DNA from: Mytilus edulis
Taxonomy: Eukaryota
Assembly (NCBI RefSeq): GCF_963676685.1
Contig: NC_092349.1
Coordinates: forward strand, 23,746,001-23,810,000
DNA length: 64,000 nt
Reading direction: 5' to 3'
The notes beneath the pieces were generated by a model that did not search any database, was not told the origin of the DNA, and saw nothing but the letters and a program-made list of their open reading frames with translations. Both the position numbers and the translations under genes were made by a program. Below, piece by piece: positions 59,500 through 64,000 of this stretch (position 1 is its first letter; every line of letters begins with the position of its first letter).

Positions 59500-62400
59500 T
59501 TTTTGTTTTGAGCAAAAAAAAAATAAAGAAGATAGAGATTTATTTATTATACTTTGAAGTGAATTCTGGGATTTTATGTGCTACTTACGGTGAAGAAAAT
59601 GTCACTTCCGGTCTCATAATAGATGATTTCACACTGATTCCAAAAACATATAGTTTTATATACTTTTGCCTGTAAATCAAGTGATAATTGACTACTTCCG
59701 GGTACCTGGAAGTAACTTGTAGTATCTTGCGATAATATAAAGAATTCAAACTGCAAATATTTAGATTCCAATTTCTTTTTCTTGAAAAATAAGTGAAACC
59801 TTCTGGTTAACTATAGGTCACTTCCATTTGTCCTTTTTTTTCAAGGTCATATGTTTTTAAAGGTTATATAGCTTTATAATGAACCAAGTTGAAGTATTAA
59901 TCAATAAACCTGATAAGACATTTTTGGTGCACCTATAAGATGTCATTAGTGTTTCATTAGAATGAAACCAACATTTTTCACATGTTCTTTTTTATGTATC
60001 TTTGTACGGTGCTTGAAAAAAATCAAAATCAATCAAAAGTCAACATTGAGAACTTGACCTTGGCCTTTGACCATGACCTTATTTTCTAAGTTAGGACCTA
60101 TGGGCCTCAAATAAAAACATTTCAGAGTTATACGGTTAACAGTTGATGAGTTGAAAACGCATACCGACAGATTGATTGTGTAAAAGTAGATAACTCTTAT
60201 GCAATTTTATCGAAACGATTGGATCCAAATTATCCAAATATTTCTGAGGATGTAACAAACAATCTGTAAGAAAAATTTAGTCGATATCTCTTTTTTTGTG
60301 TTGAAGGAGATACACACTGATGATAAAGAGTGAATAGGGAGAGAGAAAAAAATGGTTCTGCTAAGCAGGGTGAAATTTAAAATCTCATAAACTATACAAT
60401 ACAATATGAGAAATTACTAAGCGACATATTGGGAAACACACATTTATCGTAAAAATAAAATTTGGCGGAAAAAAAAATAGAAATTAAAAACTAATTGATC
60501 AGAGAACAGTTGAAGATCTTTCAACCAATAACCAGGTATTTTGATATGAAAAGTAATAAAGTAAGTTTTAAAATGTCATTTTAATTGTCAAACCATAGCT
60601 ATCGTAAGCTGATTCCAAAAACATATGGTTTTTATACAATTATTTTTTAAATAATGGAAGTAATTTGTTACTTTCTGTTTGAAAAATGTTACTTCCGATA
60701 AAATGTGTATATTTAATTGACACTGATTCCAAAAATATCTGATTTTATATTCTTTTATATTAATAAAGTACAACACAAGGTCACTTCCGGTTGTTTTTTT
60801 TCAAGGTTAAATGGTTTGATACCTTTTGCCAAAAGTCTCATGGCTTAATGATGTACACCTATGAAGTAAAAGCAAAGGTCAAAATCTAGAACGTCAAATT
60901 AAGTTATGACCTTGTAAAATTTCAAGGTCATAAACCAAGGACATTAAATCAAAGGACCATTCATCTTATTTATATTTGGTTTATGAGTTATATCTCCATC
61001 AATGCATTTTTAATGCAAGAGGGAAGAAAACTCCCGTTTACGTTCAACATACCTTTGTAATAGAAATTTACGTGTTACGACATGTCCCAACTGACAATTT
61101 ATTAAAAATAATTTGTTGTTATCACTTATATCAAATGAATAAGGAGAAATAACTGTCATATGGAGCGTTCATATTGGTTCGGTTTTAATAGGACAAATCA
61201 TGTGAAGGATATAAAGAGCAATTTTATAAAATAAATTTGTTGTAATGTTTTACGGTTGCGAAGGAGAAGTGGACACAAGTAAAACAGTGTTCCGGGAGAT
61301 ATCTCCTACAAAGTAAAGTATACGGTTACGAAATAAGAAGAAACAATAGGTGTTTCCACAAAAAAGAAGAAAGACCTAATTATCAGAACAAACGGCCCGA
61401 GAACACAGTTATTTCGTAGTGCATTTCCTTTAGACAATAAATTCAAATTAAAAAAATCGCACCTGCTCTTTCTCAAAAATATTTTTACAGTGTAGTGTAC
61501 TACCAGTGAGACAAATAATATCAAAATTATAGAAACTTCTCCCAGCCCTAACTCAAAATATTGACAATTCTGTGTTAAGAGGGTGTAAAATTCAGTTTGA
61601 CAGCTTCAGACGTGATAAAATTTGACCTTTTAGAACTGGACCAATTCACTACTTAACATAAAGTTTCAGCACCCAAATTTGTTGACATGTAATAACATCC
61701 CCCTACTTAATAGTTCATGCATTTAATATAAAGAAATAAATTGGGAAAGTGTATTAAATAAATCATGCAAGTTATACACTGTTTTCACTAGGAACTATAT
61801 TCGTAGACAACGAAAACCAAAGGACGATAAATGTGTCCTTGGACCAGATACACTAGGGCTTTCCACAGGAAAGTGGAAAGACCTTATTCAAAACTCTGAG
61901 CAATTGAAGGTCTTTTCGAATTAAAGAAGTTTTGAAAAGAATCAATTTTCTGTAGACTGATGCGATAAATAAATGGTTTTGATATGCTTTAAAGTAAACT
62001 TAAGGAAATAATGTGCTACTCCTGGTTCAGTTAATATTACTTCCGGTCTCTTATGATAGCATCTTTCACACTGATTCAAAAATATAGTTTTATATACTTT
62101 TGCCTGGTAACCCGGATATAATTTACAACTTCCGGTTTACAGAAAGTCACTTGTACCCTTTAGTGATAAGGAAACGTATTTAAATTTAGAATGATATCGA
62201 TTCTGGGAACCTTTCAATGAAAAGTGCAAAAATAGGTACTTCCAGTTTTCTCAAGCCACTTTCGGTGGTCATTTTTTCAAGGTCATGTGTCACCTTAACT
62301 TTTGTACAAGGTCATATCACTTTATAAAGAACTCAGTTGAAGTTATAATCAAATAACCTTATATCAAGACATTTCATGGGACCTAACTCCTATACGATGC

Positions 62401-64000
62401 CATTGAGATGTATCAGACCAATGTTATAACATAAACGGTACCAATGTCATTATAATAAAGCAAAAATTGTGCACTCATGATTTTATATGTTTCATTCAAA
62501 TTGTCGGAGAAAATGCAAAAACAAGCAAAAATCACAATTGCGATCTTGACCTTGACCTTTGACCTTCTCCTCATTTCCTTAGTTATGACCTAGAGGCTTC
62601 AACTAAAAACATTCCAGGGTTTTACGGTTAAGGACTGGTGAGTTAATAACGCATACCGACAATTTTATTTTGTAAATGTAACTATATAACTCTTATAAAA
62701 TTTCATCGACTCGTTTCGATTCATATTAATTTAGCCACAATTTGCTGAGGATAAAACGAACAATTTGTAAAAAGAATTGTGTCGCTATTTTTTTTTTTGT
62801 TACGATGGAGATGCACACAGATGATAAACAGTGAACAGGGAGATAACTCTTACAAAGAATATGTTTCGACTTAGCAGGCTGAAATTTAAAAGCAAATAAA
62901 CTATACGATACAATATAAGAAATATCATAGCAACATATTACAAAAGAAACATTTATCGCTAGAAAAAAAATTTGGCGGGAAAAAATAATATCGGGTAATA
63001 ATAATCAGAACAAATACAATAGTTCTTTCCACAGAAAAATGGAAAGACCTATTAAATAACCTATTGTTCGAAGGTCTTTCCGTCAAAAACAATGTATTTT
63101 AATATGAAAGTAGTAAAATTAATTTTAAAATGTCATCTCAATCGTCAAATGATAGCTTATTGTACGCTGATTCAAAAAATACTTCCAGTTTGAAAAAAGT
63201 TACTTCCGATAATATATCAATTTCAAGGTCATATACCAATGACCTCAAATTAAAAGACCATAGGTCTTAAATATATTTGGTTAATGAGTTATATCACCAT
63301 ACGCGTATTTAAAAAAGAACAAGAGAGGAGAAAACTCCCTTTTACGTTCAACGTACCCTTGTTATTAAAATTTACATGTTACGATATGTTGCAACTTACA
63401 ATATAGTAAAAAATAATTTGTTGTTATCTTATACAGTTTTTGGGAATAAGTCAAAATAAGCCAAATTCAAAAAATAGAGTATGACCTTGAACTTTTACCT
63501 TGACCTTACTTTCATTTTATTGACAAAGGATCTCAAATCAAAAGATTCTAGGTCTCTATCACTTATGGTTTACAAGATAGAAATGCATATTACTTATATC
63601 AAATGCATAAGGGAAAATAATTCTCATATGAAGCGTTCATATTGCTTCGGTCAACATAGGACAAATCATGCGAAGGATATAAAATAAATTTGTCGTAATC
63701 TTTTACGATTGCGAAGGAGTAGTGAACACAAGGAACAGTGTTTGGGGAGATAACTCCTAAAAGTATTCGGTTACGCAGGATAAATTTCAAGAGGTCATAA
63801 ACTGTTCGATATCATATACCAAATATCTTAGCGACATATTGCGAAACAAATATTTGCCGCAAGAACAAAATTAGACAGAAGAAAAAAAAATCAGAAGAAA
63901 AAGAATAGGTCTTTTCACAGAAAATTGAAAAGACTAAATAATAATCAGAAAAAATACAATTGGTCTTTCCACAGATAAGTGTTTTGAATTAAGGGATAAA
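59500..64000. repeat. Two diverged copies (~2.4 kb period) of a modular non-autonomous element rich in TTGACCTT/AAGGTCA, ACTTCCGG and GGTCTTTCC...GGAAAGACC motifs
   Basis: ~59600-61400 is collinear with ~62040-63900. Palindromic TCTTTCCACAGAAAA(G)TGGAAAGA motifs occur near 61860, 63025 and 63910. Element class not determined. Confidence 0.7.

Overview
AT-rich eukaryotic genomic DNA. The repeat families and gene architecture look like a bivalve mollusc, probably Mytilus-like (inferred by recognition, not from a search). The only clear host gene is an nSTAND3-type P-loop NTPase plus ankyrin-repeat gene (large exon from 18446, candidate micro-exon 6761-6796). Its ankyrin array was split by two retroelements. 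(1) A Naiad-type Penelope-like element (21527-25025, GIY-YIG endonuclease N-terminal to the RT) has four in-frame TGA codons, all at cysteine-type positions, and a type-2 SECIS hairpin in the 3' UTR. It is therefore a decayed copy of an apparent selenoprotein-encoding retrotransposon. (2) A full-length Tx1/L1-clade LINE (25509-32795, minus strand) has intact ORF1 and ORF2 and an unexplained extra 378-aa ORF between them. Also present: an RT-less tyrosine-recombinase (DIRS/Ngaro-like) element beside a hairpin minisatellite, several hammerhead-ribozyme (retrozyme-like) repeats, a BEL/Pao relic, further Naiad relics, SINEs, MITEs with 5-bp TSDs, several minisatellites and a ~10 kb higher-order tandem array. 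Boundaries of degenerate repeats are approximate.
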